Shown in pieces: positions 37,951-49,986 of a stretch of 64,000 nucleotides of DNA. Numbering within the stretch: the first letter of the stretch is position 1; every line of letters starts with the position of its first letter. The notes below the pieces were generated by a model. That model was not told the origin of the DNA. It worked only from the letters and a program-made list of their open reading frames with translations, and ran no database searches. A program made the position numbers and the translations under genes. This DNA is from Vicugna vicugna. Its lineage: Eukaryota. Location: assembly GCA_013265495.1 (NCBI GenBank), contig MU058687.1, positions 2,792,001-2,856,000 of the forward strand. Direction: 5' to 3'.

Positions 37951-40900
37951 CTCTGGTGAGGAGGGGGCTGTTTGTGGGGAACAGGTGGTGTAAGACGGTT
38001 AGGGCAAGTGGGCCCTAGTCTCGTCCTGGGGGCAACAGCCTGCAGGGCATCCTGGTACGGGGGAGAGCCTGGAGGCTGGGCTGTAAGCAGAGGGGCAAGG
38101 AAAAGGCAGGTGAGTGGGCGCAGGAGCTGGTAACCCTGTGAGAGTCCTGGGCCTCCCGTTTGGGGATGAGAGCAGTGCCCTGTTCTGGGCCCGGGGCACA
38201 GGTGTGCTATTTCAGAGACCTGCTGTCACCCACTTTGATGGTTATTTCCCCTGGGTGACCAGCTTGCCAGGAGTGCTGCCAGGGTGGAGAGGTGGGAGAG
38301 AAGGTGGACAGTGACAAGTAAGGAATTAGTGGTTAGTAGGTAGGTTGGGGGAAGCTCTGATTCAGGCCAGGGCACAGGCTGCATCCAGGCTCTCTGTTAT
38401 TGCCCAAGTTCTGGCAGTACGCATTGCCTGGGCGTTTGCCCTGGGAGGCTAGTGGTATGCCAGTCACAGCACAGTCCTAGGGTCTGCCCAGTTCTGCCCT
38501 GCTGAGCTGGCAGGCTGGTGGATGCCTGGAGGGCGCTCCTGCTGTCTGGCACAGATGCATCGTGGGCTGGTGCGAATGGGGGTGGGGGGTGGGCACTGTT
38601 ACTGTGAGCCCTTCTTGAAACAGGGGATTTGAGGAAGTTCTCTAATCTTACCTCCTTTTTGAAAGAGGAGAATGGAGTGAGCCATACCTGGTTCCAAACA
38701 GAGGATGTTGTGTGGAGTCGGAGTTCAGGATCTTTGACGTGAATTTGCAGCCAAGTTGGAGTATGGAAATGGATGTGAAGGGGAAGATGTATATTAGAGA
38801 TTTAGGTAGGGTTTCTTTTTTTTCCTATTTTTTTTTAAATACACAGAAATTCCCCCAGAATGGTATCTCTGAAAATATCAAGAAATACTCTGAAAAGACC
38901 AAGAGAAAATGACTTCAGAGAAAATCTAGTAATGTATTTATAATTCCAGCTGGGGTTACTCATGGCTTTCTGGGTGGTAAGGCCTTAATTTTCTATGGCC
39001 TTGTCTCTTTATTGTATTTAAGCCTCTGCTGGGGCTTTCACCTCACACCTCTATCCATGCACGCCTGTTATACATGTGACATGTTTTAAAGGGAACTTGA
39101 GGTCTCAGGTAAGTTGCCAAGTATCTATAAAAGGAGAGATCCAAGAGCAGCATTTCCTTGTAAACCTTGGATCTCTTTTTTATCACAGGCCTGAGTCTCT
39201 GTAGAGGTTGTGTGCAGATGAGACCAGCCTTTAATTTGGTTGTTGGATTTACCCCTGAGGTTTCAACTTAGAATAAGGGGTAGATGAGATATTTCTTTCC
39301 TGCAGGAGACCAGACCTGGACATTAGATCTTGAGGTGACCATGGTGTTTGGAAATTCTTGACCTTCAAGCTGTTCAGGTATTTTGGTGACAGCTAAGCTG
39401 CTGGAGCTGTCAGCAAGACTCAGCAGGACAGAAGATTTGTTGGAATTTATTATTCTGTCTAATACCTCACACATTAATTGTTGGGGGCTGAAGTTGCAAA
39501 GATGACAACCGCTGATGTTGAAGAAACAAATAATTGGACTCTATAATGTAAGAAGTTTGTAAATAGAGGAAGAGGCAAGTACTGTGGAGCACTTGTTAGA
39601 ATTTTATCTTATACTTGTTTGTATAAACCTCTATATTTATTAATTTACTTTACATTCTGAGTTTCAGTGTGTATTGTTCTCTCTGAGAACCTTTTGGACT
39701 CTGTATTATATATGCACTTATAAGAGGCCCAGTTAGGGTTGATTCTGAGAGTTTGGGATGCTTAACTTGGAGTCCTTCTAATGTAGAGTTAGGCATGTGA
39801 GGTCTGAGGTGTTTGTGAGGCAGTGGTGGTGGTTTCCAGTCTGTGCCAGGAAGCAGAGATGGCACAGTGGATATGAGTTTGGTAACTGGTTTTCAACCCC
39901 CGGTCAGCTTATGAGCGTCTAACTTTACGGTAAAATAATATCAAGGAGGAAAAAAACCTTGAGGTTTTCAGACTTCACCCCTGGTGTGGCCCTTGGTTTG
40001 TGAGCACCGGTAATAAATGCCATCACTCTGCTGCTCTCTGGTTGAGGCCTCGTCTGGTCTGTATGTGAATGATCTGTTGTTCACAGGCTACTTGACGCCC
40101 TCAGCGCCACTCCAGCGAGGGAAGTGCCTTTCTCAGCGAGAACGGGTCAAGATGGCGAGTAGCCCTTCATTCTCTTTCCCACTGAAATTTCCCTAGGACA
40201 CTAAGGCTTTCTGCTGCTCAAAGAGAACTTTACTTAGGACAGAGGCTTTCGTATTTTTAGCATTTTTCACATCCAAAGTAGTCAGTTTACTATTCTAAAG
40301 TAGATTATGTATTCTTTTTTTTCCAACTGCCACAGATTCCCCAGCATCTCAAATTTTAACATCTGTTCTCCTTTTAACCCATATGTCAAGATGAGCCAGA
40401 TAAATTCCTATGTGTTTTCTATAACTCTGTTGACTGTACTTTAATAACAGTAGCAAGACCTATTTCATTGTCTTGTCACAAGGATTGTTGATGAAATTGG
40501 GATGCTTTGTCTAAAATGCCTGTAAAATAATCCATGTTTCATAAGCTAAAGTGAAACTTCGTCAGGTTTTTAATTAGTTGCAACTGACATGAGCTACCTT
40601 CCTAATCTAAGTCAACAGCAGGGTCAGACTGAAGTCTAATTGCCCATCCACCAGTGACATCTGCTTCCATTTTGAGAAAGCCCTCTATTCACTTTCAGAC
40701 AGTATTATTTCAGGAAAATGAAACTGCATACATTTGTGGGTTTCCTACAAAAGGATCCAGATTTAATTAGAGATAGTTTTACATTTTATCCTGCTTTTTA
40801 AACTGGATTGTCCACGCTGTCAAATTTCATAGCCATCCAGCAGAGAGATGTTGCTTTTGCATAGTGCCATGCAAGATGTGACGGTGCCATTGATTCTCTC

Positions 40901-41349
40901 ATGTGCACTGTACTGAATGTGACCTGTCAAAGAGTGCTCGGTTTGACATGGATTGAATAAGGAAGCTTACCCTTAAATGAGTTAGATGTGGTACAAAATA
41001 ATTTTTACTTGGAACCATGTTTAAAATTCAGTCTCATTCTGTTCAACGTGAGTTCCCTCTAGTCCACTTCTACTGATGCAAAAGTGCAAGTAAGAGGGTT
41101 GCTCAGGGATGCCTATAAGCATTCTTATCTTCTGTTTAGTTTTATTTTGAATCCCTCCTCTGCTTCTGGAGTAGTTGATATTCTTCACTAGATCCTGTAT
41201 TAGCAGAAATGTTCACACTTGGCATATCCAGGGTTTTTCACATACAGTGTTTGACAGGGGGCCCATGTTCCCTCTACTCAGAAAGACAAATGGATGGAGT
41301 TGAAAGTGGATTGTGAATAAAAACGCCACCAGGCTTTGCTTAAACATAC

Positions 41350-41696
41350 TGCCTTTGTCCATTCAGGCTGCCATAACAAAATACCACAGACAGGTAGCTT
41401 ATAAACAACAGAAATTTATTTCTCACAATTCTAGATGCTAGAAGTCCAAGATCAAGGTGCCGACATGATCCAGTGAAGACCTTCTTCCAGTCACAAGCTT
41501 CTTGCTGTCCTCATGTGGTGGAAGGGGCTAGGGACCTCTCTGGAACCGCTTGTCAGGCACTCATCCTGTGAGATGAAATCCTCATGACTTAAGCCATCTC
41601 CCAAAGGCCCCATCTCCTAGCACCATCATCTTTGGGGGTTAGGATTTCAATGTATGAATTTGTGGGGTGGGAGGACACAGACATTCAGATATAGCA
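41350..41696 (-). mobile_element. MST/MLT1A-type MaLR LTR in CIPC intron 1
   Basis: tgcctttgtccattcaggctgccataacaaaataccacagac...gaagtccaagatcaaggtgc...ggttaggatttcaatgtatgaattt...atagca. Confidence 0.8.
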
Positions 41697-42781
41697 CTTA
41701 CCCAATTCCATTATCATTGTTGTTTTCCCTTTTGGCCACCTGATCCCTTTATCCCTTCAGCATCCTTGTGTTCTTACCATGTGGCCCTTACAGCTGCCGT
41801 TCCTTGGCGATTCAAAGGGCCTTGTTAAAATACCTGGAATGTTCTCAGCCTCTGCTGGCTCATTGAAGGGCTCATTGGTCTCATGCTTTGCACTGTTAGC
41901 CTAGTTCTGGATTTGCTGTGGACTAGCTATGTGTCACTGGATCGAAGCTAGGCTTCTTTCCAGGAAGAGGGCAACCAGGTCTATTTGAGTCACTCTGTAC
42001 TCCCATTCCTAGCACAATACGTGGTTTATAGCAGGCGCGTGATAAATATTTTTACGTGACTGAATGTAACTTATCTGAGCCTCAACTTCCTCCTCTGTAA
42101 AATGGGATAGCAACTGAGGAGGATGTTGTGAGGCTCAAGTGAGAGACCCTTAACAGCAGTAATGTTACGGGCATTTATGGAATCAGAGCACTATTATATA
42201 TGATCTCATTTGTGCATAAAACTGCTTTTTAAGCCAAAATGTAACATGCATGTATAAGGGGTTGTTTTCACTCTGTTCAGTACCTTGTCCAAAGCAGTGA
42301 AAGGTTAACTTGAGAAACTACACTCTGGGAGGTGCAGAACATTGGGGGCCTACAGATGTGTCCTGGGAAGCAAGCCTGGTCCAAGGTGGGCATCACCTCT
42401 CCTGTCCTCCCTCGGGGAGCATTCAGAAAGCCTAATCAAATGTGCCTTTGTGCGCAGTTTACAAAGCTTCCACTGAATGTGGTTTGTGTGCTTTGCATTT
42501 GTAATGGAATTAGAGGGCAGTGAGAGGACAGACGGTGAACCTCGTTTTGGGTGGAAACCATTCTACCATTGAGTGAACTTGTCGCCTTTGTCAGCTGAGA
42601 ACTCTGAGAAAATGCACACAGAGGAAGTGGGTGAGGCCGGTGTTCTTTGCCCTTACTTTACTCACCACTTGGATCACCTGTCTCAGCGCTCCGGGCCTTG
42701 GCTTCTTATGTAATTGTTGTTTTTCACAGGGCACTCCAGATGAAAAGAGTACCGAAGCGTTCACTTCCAGCCCAGTAAAAC

Positions 42782-42917
42782 ATGGAGAGGAAGAACCCAT
42801 CCAGAGAGGGCCCTAGGAGGCTCTCGGCCAAACTCAGCAAAGGCACAGAGATGAAAAAGGTGGCTCGTCACCTTGGCATGGCAGCAGCTGAGTCAGATAA
42901 GGACTCTGGATTTTCAG
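42782..42917 (+). CDS. CIPC: CIPC coding exon 1 (exon 2 spans 42730-42917): [45 protein letters not shown](D)
   Basis: Acceptor ttttttcacag|G at 42729/30; aacATGG Kozak; translation matches the known CIPC N-terminus; phase-1 donor G|GTTAAA. Confidence 0.95.
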
Positions 42918-43939
42918 GTTAAAAATACCTTATCCTTTCTGCACTGTAGTGAATAATTTGCCTGGAAAATGTCCTTCCTTTTGTATGAGAAGGATGAGAA
43001 GATTTCGCCCACAGGAGAATTAGCTATCTGATCCCTTAAAATGTAGTTCTGTTACATTATGGTGGGGCACCTGTCAGAGTCACAGTGGGGTTAGTTAAAG
43101 GAATGATTTAACATCTTTTTTCAACTCAGACTCTCAGCTTTAAATCTTACATTTCCAACTTTGGCAAGTGGTCATTGGAAAAAAAAAGTTAAATACTCAT
43201 AATTCTGTTGTCTTACCTCCTTTTTTGTAGTAATAGCTACATTGCAGGAAAAAAAGCATATTATCACCACGTGTAACCGGTTAAACAAAAGTAATGTATA
43301 ATTTGTTAAGATAACTTTTTTGCTAAGAAGGTAATTTGCTGTGTTTAAAAATACCCCCCCCACAGTCCCTGCCAGTATTTTTGCATTTTGTATTTGGACT
43401 ATGAGACTCCCTGGCCCAATTCCAAACTGAGTATCTGTTAGAGACAAGAAAGCAGAACAGTTTTCCTTACTAGTTTGTCTTTAAAACCTTGCCCAAAAGG
43501 ACTAGCTGCATACCCAGTAAATCTTTTAATTTTGTGCTGAGGCTTTTTTTTCCCCAGAGTAATGGCTTGAATGTGGCTCTAGTGGCAACACTTTTGGCGC
43601 AGGGGATGCAGAGGGGTGATTCCAGGGGGTTCTGGCTGGGTCAGCATCCTGAGAATGGAGCCCTCTCCCAGAGGAAGATTTGTATTATCCAGCCCCACAG
43701 AGACTAATCAATCCATCATGTTGATTTATTAATTCATAGTGAGAAATGCAGCTGTTAGGAAAACTAGAACTCTCTCGTCCTTAAATTAGTGTGTTTTCTC
43801 CCTGTAGGTATGCTGCACGAGAAGCCAAATTATAAATAGACTGTTGCTCAGAGAGGAACAGAGCACTGTCCGAGGGATTAGAATAAGGACAGTTTAGGGA
43901 AGGGGGGGCCAGCTTATAGCCCTTTGGGTTATTGTTTAG

Positions 43940-44130
43940 CATTGTTTCCCAAGCTTGGCTCATCATAAGGCTCATCTGAGGCATTTGGTAAAAATGCACT
44001 GATCACCAGACTCCTCTCCTGGAGACTGTGATATCAAGGGTCTAGGGGAGGGCCTGGAATGTGGGTTTTATATTTTAAGAAGTGTCTCTGGTGATTCATG
44101 TGATCAGAGAGTTTTGGGAAATACTGTAGG
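43940..44130. mobile_element. MER5-type MITE
   Basis: ttgtttcccaagcttggctcatcataaggctcatctgagg...ggtgattcatgtgatcag. Confidence 0.6.
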
Positions 44131-44569
44131 CCTAGTGTGTCTCTCTCTTTTTTTTCTCTTTTAGTATGTTTGTTTTTTGGGCTGTTCATGTTGTGAAGGT
44201 AATATGTGCTCATTATAGAAGCTTAGAAATTTAGGAAAATGCAAAGAAGAAAATAAATGTCTATAATCCTACCCCCTCTTATTCCCAGTGTGTTGACATT
44301 TTGGTGCAACAACTTCAGCTTTGTCAGGCCAGCTGTTTTTCAGTATGTCCCAATGTCTGGATAGTTTTTTGAAAGTTTCCTATTCTGTATGTAGACATGC
44401 TTTAAGAAGTATTGTGTAATTCAGACATAAGGTGGTATTAAAAATAATCAATCTCATTATGCCCCAGAAAGTGGCCCCAGTGAATGCCCCTAGTCACATC
44501 TGGGCCAGGTGCCAGAGATTTTGTCACTGCCTGAGTTATCATTCCAGTTGCTTGGGATATGATGTAATT

Positions 44570-45570
44570 TGCAGTTATTAATTAGCTACAGTCCAGATTC
44601 AGATTTTCCCCATTGTCCCTGTGTCCTTTATAGCCATTGGTCTTTTTGTCTGTTTGTTTGCTTTGTGTCCAGGATCCAGTTAAGGGTTGTGCATTTCACT
44701 CAGTGGTCATGTCTTTTTAGTCTTATTCAGTCTAGAACAGCTTCCTTTTCTTCCCTTTTCTTTGCTTGCTTTTTTTTCTTTCTTTTCAGTGACATTCTTT
44801 GAATGAGTTAGGTCACTTGTTTTAGAAAATGTTTCACACTGGATTTTTCTGGTAGCTTCCCCATCATTCGAATCAAGATAAACACTTTTTAAAATCAGAA
44901 GGCTGCATTTTTAATGTTATATCCTCATCACAACATAAGGAGACTCCTAAGTCTGTCTTATTTTTGGTGATGTTGTGGTTGGTCACTTGGTTAAGGGAGC
45001 ATGTAAGTATATACCAGATTCCTTTATTGTTAAAAGTACACTTTTGTCTTTGTAATTAATAAGCAATTCATGGTATGCTACTTTGAGGCTGTGTGACTAT
45101 CCTGTTTTCTCCAACAAACTCTTGAACAGTAGTTTTAGCATCCAGTGATGATCCTTGCCTGAATCAGTTATTGCATTTGTGGTTTGAAAATGGTCATCTA
45201 ATTCTATCAGTTCTTGTATTAATTGACATTCCCCCTCCACCCTCTTTTTTGAGCATCACTGTGGATTCATGGAATTCTTTTGTAAGTTGGTTTGTCAGTC
45301 CATTATCATTACTCTTTTTGATACTCAAATTGGACCACATTTGGCCAGTCGGAGTCCATTCTAGATAGCACCTGTCTTTTTGACATGTCCCCATTTGTAT
45401 GTGAGCACTGCCTTGCTTTCTGGGACAATAGGATGTTCAGGCTCATCTTGTATCTTCCCTGCCAAAAACTTGCATCAGCCATTCTCCAAGGAGCCCTGGT
45501 TTCCTTTTTGTGCAGAATGACATTTAGAAACCAAGATTTGTATGCTAGATATGCACTTTGCTTCTGAAGC
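44570..45570 (-). mobile_element. Old L1 (L1MC/ME-like) fragment
   Basis: tccaggatccagttaagggttgtgcatt...tccaaggagccctggtttcctttt...tttagaaaccaagatt. Confidence 0.6.
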
Positions 45571-46625
45571 CCTTTGTTTCTGTCCTAATGGTTTTTAACT
45601 AGAGGTACACATTTGAATTACTTGTGGTGCTTTGTGAAAATACACATGCCTGGACACCAGATAAATCAATTTGGTAGATTGAGGGGAAGACCCCAACACC
45701 CATAATTTCTAAAACGTGTCTCTGGAGATTCTGATTAAATGCAGGTGTTGAGAGTTGCACTCTTAAATTACAGTCACATTCCAGTCCTGCCTCATCCAGA
45801 TTACTCTGAGAGTCCTGATGAGCATTTAGGGTGTTCCCAGCCTCCTTACTAGCAGGGTTAGAGCCATCTCTTGTTTCACTCCAGCAGGATGCTAATTAAG
45901 TCCTTTCTGTATGAATTTCACGTAGGGCAACCTCCTTTTCTTTGCCTTGGAGAGTATCTTTCCATCACCCATTGTGCAGGCTCCCCAGTAGGCACACTCA
46001 GCTTGCATTTAGGATACTACCAAAGGAGGTTAGTTTCACTGGGTGGAGGAGGGTGACAAAGACAGACACTATAAACCTCCTCTTGCTGAACTTATCCAGA
46101 ATTTTACAATTAGAAAACTTAGGAGGAAGCTATTTTAATTACAGCAGGGAGGTAGTTTGAGGTTTTATAGATTGGTTTTGTTTTTATTGTTGTCACTATT
46201 GTTACATCTTGAGGTACCCAGCGCCTCTGAAGGGCTTAATCCTGCTCCAGGTCACACACGCTCTTCTCCCCTTTCAACAACAGATTCTTAAAAGTAATAA
46301 GCTAATTGTGAAGCCTTCACCCATTTCTTCTGTAGACTGGTGATGATTACTTTCACACGAACCCTAATTGTTGCAGGCTTTTGTCTCTAAGAGGGTTGGA
46401 AAGGAGGTCTGCTGTCTTAGGGCAGTGAGTCTTTTGGGGTGGGAGGGATAATTACACATCCCATTGAGAATCCAATGAAAGCTGAATGCCTCCTCAGAAA
46501 AATTCACAAAAATATATATCACAAATGTTCCATTCAATTGGAAGGAGTCCATTGCTCCCCAGAAGGACTGGTTAAGAGCCCCTCCCCTAGGGCCTGAGTG
46601 AACTGACCATTCTTCTGCCCGGCAG

Positions 46626-46795
46626 ATGGGAGCTCAGAATGCCTGAGCTCGGCGGAGCAGATGGAGTCCGAGGACATGCTGAGCGCCTTAGGCTGGAGCC
46701 GAGAAGACAGGCCAAGGCCGGGCTCCAAGCCTGCGAGCAGTGCCTTCCCGACACTGTCCCCCATGGTTGTCATGAAGAACGTGCTGGTCAAACAG
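46626..46795 (+). CDS. CIPC: CIPC coding exon 2: (D)[56 protein letters not shown]
   Basis: Branch-like ctgac, pyrimidine tract and ggcag| acceptor; 170 nt restores phase 0; donor CAG|GTGAGG; matches CIPC. Confidence 0.95.
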
Positions 46796-47510
46796 GTGAG
46801 GGGGACTGCTCTCTCTTGTAATTTCTTTGCAGATTAGAGTTTCTGAGCTTCTTGTGCACAGAGCCTCTCCATCTCTGCCAAGGAGAGATGTGAGAAGCGG
46901 GCCACCAGAACCACCCCAGTGCTTACTTCTGTCCTGGGAAGAGGATGTTTCCTTTCAACTCCTGACAGTGTTTTAAAAAGGAATACAAGAGTCATGACAC
47001 ATGTTCTCATTTTCCAGACAGTAAGACTGTTTTATTTCCATATCACTAGTTTGTCCAAAGGGATCTGGAATACTGTAGTCGTGTTTAAAGGAACCAAGCA
47101 GAAGTGTCCCAGCTTCCGTAGTGCATTCTAATATGTGGCAGAATTTAGGGTAGAAACAAGAAAATCTCTTTTTAATTTGAATTGCCCTGGGAATTTAGAA
47201 CTATTTAAGAAGTAGGAACAATTTTATGTTTCTCCTGTTACATTCTGAGCATTTCCTTAGGAATCGGCCAGAGCTATGTCATTAGTGACATAGATTTGAT
47301 TTAGGTATGGCTATACCCTCAGAGTCCACACAGCATCACTGTTGTGAAATTGAAAAATACCTTGTTTCAAGCTTATTACATAACTATGTAAATTATGTGA
47401 TTATTGTCTAGATATGAAAGAAAAGAAAATTTAGATGAAAATCTAAGTGAAGCCCAGTGTTTGAAACAGAAAATTCAATCATATGAATTTGGTTAAAGAA
47501 TATTTAACCT

Positions 47511-47603
47511 GGGGCAGGGGGCGCGGTATAGCTCAGTGGTAGAGTGCATTCTTGGCATGCAAAAGAAAGAAATAAACCTAATTACCACCCACCCCCAAAA
47601 AAG
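47511..47603 (+). mobile_element. Vic-1-type camelid tRNA-derived SINE with an internal deletion
   Basis: ggggcgcggtatagctcagtggtagagtgcattcttggcatgc joined directly to aaataaacctaattaccacccacccccaaaa. Confidence 0.75.
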
Positions 47604-49986
47604 AGAACATTAAACCTTACCCTACTTTGCTCTGAAGTAGATGAGTTCTCGCGTGGGTCCATTGTGAGGCTGCTTGAAGCTGGTGAAGTTTGAAATCTGG
47701 CTTCCTGTTGTCAGCCTTCCTACCTCAGGTGGATGAACATGGCTGTAGGCTGAACAGTTAGCATCTTAACCGTTACCTAGTTATTGCTGAGGAACTCAGA
47801 CTGCCTTTCAACAAGGCAACCTGGTGAGTTTGAAAAAAGAAATTGAAGATACTTACTTGGCAAATCACCTCTCAGCTGGAAGCATAGCTTTCCTTGTTGA
47901 AACATTGAGAGAATAAAGACATGAAATGGAGCCCAGATGAGATTGTCCAGGCCCCACTGGAGCAGCTGCCTCTCCAGACGCCCTGTCTCCTGCTCTTTTT
48001 CTCCTGCCTCCCTCTCTGGCCCCCGATCACTTTTTCTTATGCGTCTGTGTTTATTGTTGTAGGCGACGCTGGCAGCTCCGGAGGGCTGAGAACACCCACA
48101 GTTGAGGGGTGAGTGGGCTGTTCCAGTAGAGCCGGCTTCTTCAGGACAGAGACCCACCGGGAAGGCTGCTGGGCTTGCTCGGGAGACAGCAGGCTTGGGG
48201 GCAGGCTGACCTAGTGGAGCAATCTAGCAGTTTTGTTTTGTTTTTTCACATATGCTAGAATCCAGCACATTCCAAATTTAAAAAAATTATATACATTTAA
48301 AAAATCTCTGTATATTATATGACATCTTAGTTAATGCTGCTTGGTTTTAGGCAATTTTCTTGTGAGGGTCTGATTTCCAGTTCGTCCACCAGACTGTGAT
48401 CTTGCACACAAGCACGTAATCACTATGGACTTCAGTTTTCTCATCTTTAACATGAAGGCTTTATTTGAAATGATCCTGAGACTCTATCCAAGTCTAAAAT
48501 CTTACCGGGTATTCCCTCAGTTGATTTCAACAGGAATGATACGCTGTAAAATCTAATAATTAGAACAAATAAGCTAAGTATCTCAGTGGGCATAACAGCA
48601 GCGTTAGGAAGAATAGTCCAGTGCAATCATCTTGCGGAAGCAATGAGTTAGGTATTTTCCAGATTGTTTTGCCCAGCATGAGTGACCAGGGGGACAGCCT
48701 GAAGTTTTGCTTCTGACTGAGCAGGATGAGGCTGATCTCTTCTTTGAAAGACCCCTGATTTTGTATCTCCTCTGGCAGGGGAGTGTGATTGCTAAGTCCA
48801 CCATTGCCTGCTTTTGTACATCCCAGGGTATCTGAGCACCAGGAGGGCTCCAGAGTGGACTCTCCAGGTCATTCTAGCTTTTGTGCAGTACATGAACTAT
48901 AGTTGAACTTGGCCTTACGTTCCTAGCCAGGCATCCAGGAAGCTGAAGTGTATGCACGTCGGTGTGGCCACGTGGCAGCGCAGTCCGCTGCTTTCCTCAG
49001 CTAAATCAGATGACTCTGCCAAGGCTGAGAGCCTCTGTCAGGCTGTCCGTCTGCCTGGCCGCATGTACGCTCCTATCTTGGGCCCAGGTTGGAATTGCAC
49101 TGGCATTTAAATACTAGAGATGAGTAGCCACGCCCTTCTTTGTTAGATTTCTGTCTGAATCCGTACTTTTATTAAAAATAAAAATGTGTGATTGGGGAGT
49201 AGTGTAACAAAAGCGATCTAGCAGGATGGTTAGGATTGGTTTTAGAGTCAGACAGTGAAATCTTAGCATCATCACTTGGTAGTTTGGTGACTGAAGGCAA
49301 GTTATTGCAACTTCTGAGCTTTAGTTTTCTGTTTGTGAAGGGAGGTGATAACTAATAACTGCCTCATAGGGTTGCTGTGGAGATTAAATAAGACAGTGCA
49401 TGTGAAGCAGCACACACAGTGCCAGCCTGTAGAACTCTCATACATGGTGGCTGTTTTCACCTTGAAGAGCTTGTTGGTTGTTGGGTGTCATTGCCTTAAA
49501 AACAGGGGCCCATGGACTCCCAACAATGTGTAACTTTTTAATCAAAAGTTGTTTTCAGGTAAAAGAGTTTCGAGATGTAACCGAATGAAGATAGAATTTG
49601 GGGTAAAGTCACATTTATAGTCTCGAGATTAGCACGTTTTAACTTATGCCGAGAAGTTGTGTTATCTATACTTTTATTGCCTCGCTTGTGACTTTGACTG
49701 TGTCATTACTTCACCAACCTATAATAGTGTCTTTTTCTTGAGTGATAGCACTTGAATACAAATGGCTGTTTCTTCCAGTTTTCCCTTAAGAAAACAAGAC
49801 ATGATCTCAGACCCAAATGGATTTTTGAGCCACATTTCATGAGGTTCAAAGTCATGTCACGGAGGGCTGCCCCATATGTGAGGGAAGCTCTGTACTTGAA
49901 CTTGTTATCCATATCTGAGTATGTGCTTTGCCCCTTCGACAGCAGCAGGTAACAAGTAGTTTGCTGCCCTTTTCCTTGGTTTTCAG

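Noticed and set aside
47511..47550. tRNA-like sequence (also at 60400-60467)
   Set aside because: tRNA-derived SINE head with an A-rich tail, not a complete cloverleaf tRNA gene
49943..49948. Possible CAGCAG micro-exon (ag|cagcag|gtaac) before the last exon
   Set aside because: The downstream intron would be only 38 nt; the alternative acceptors are out of frame; TAAC is better explained as the branch point
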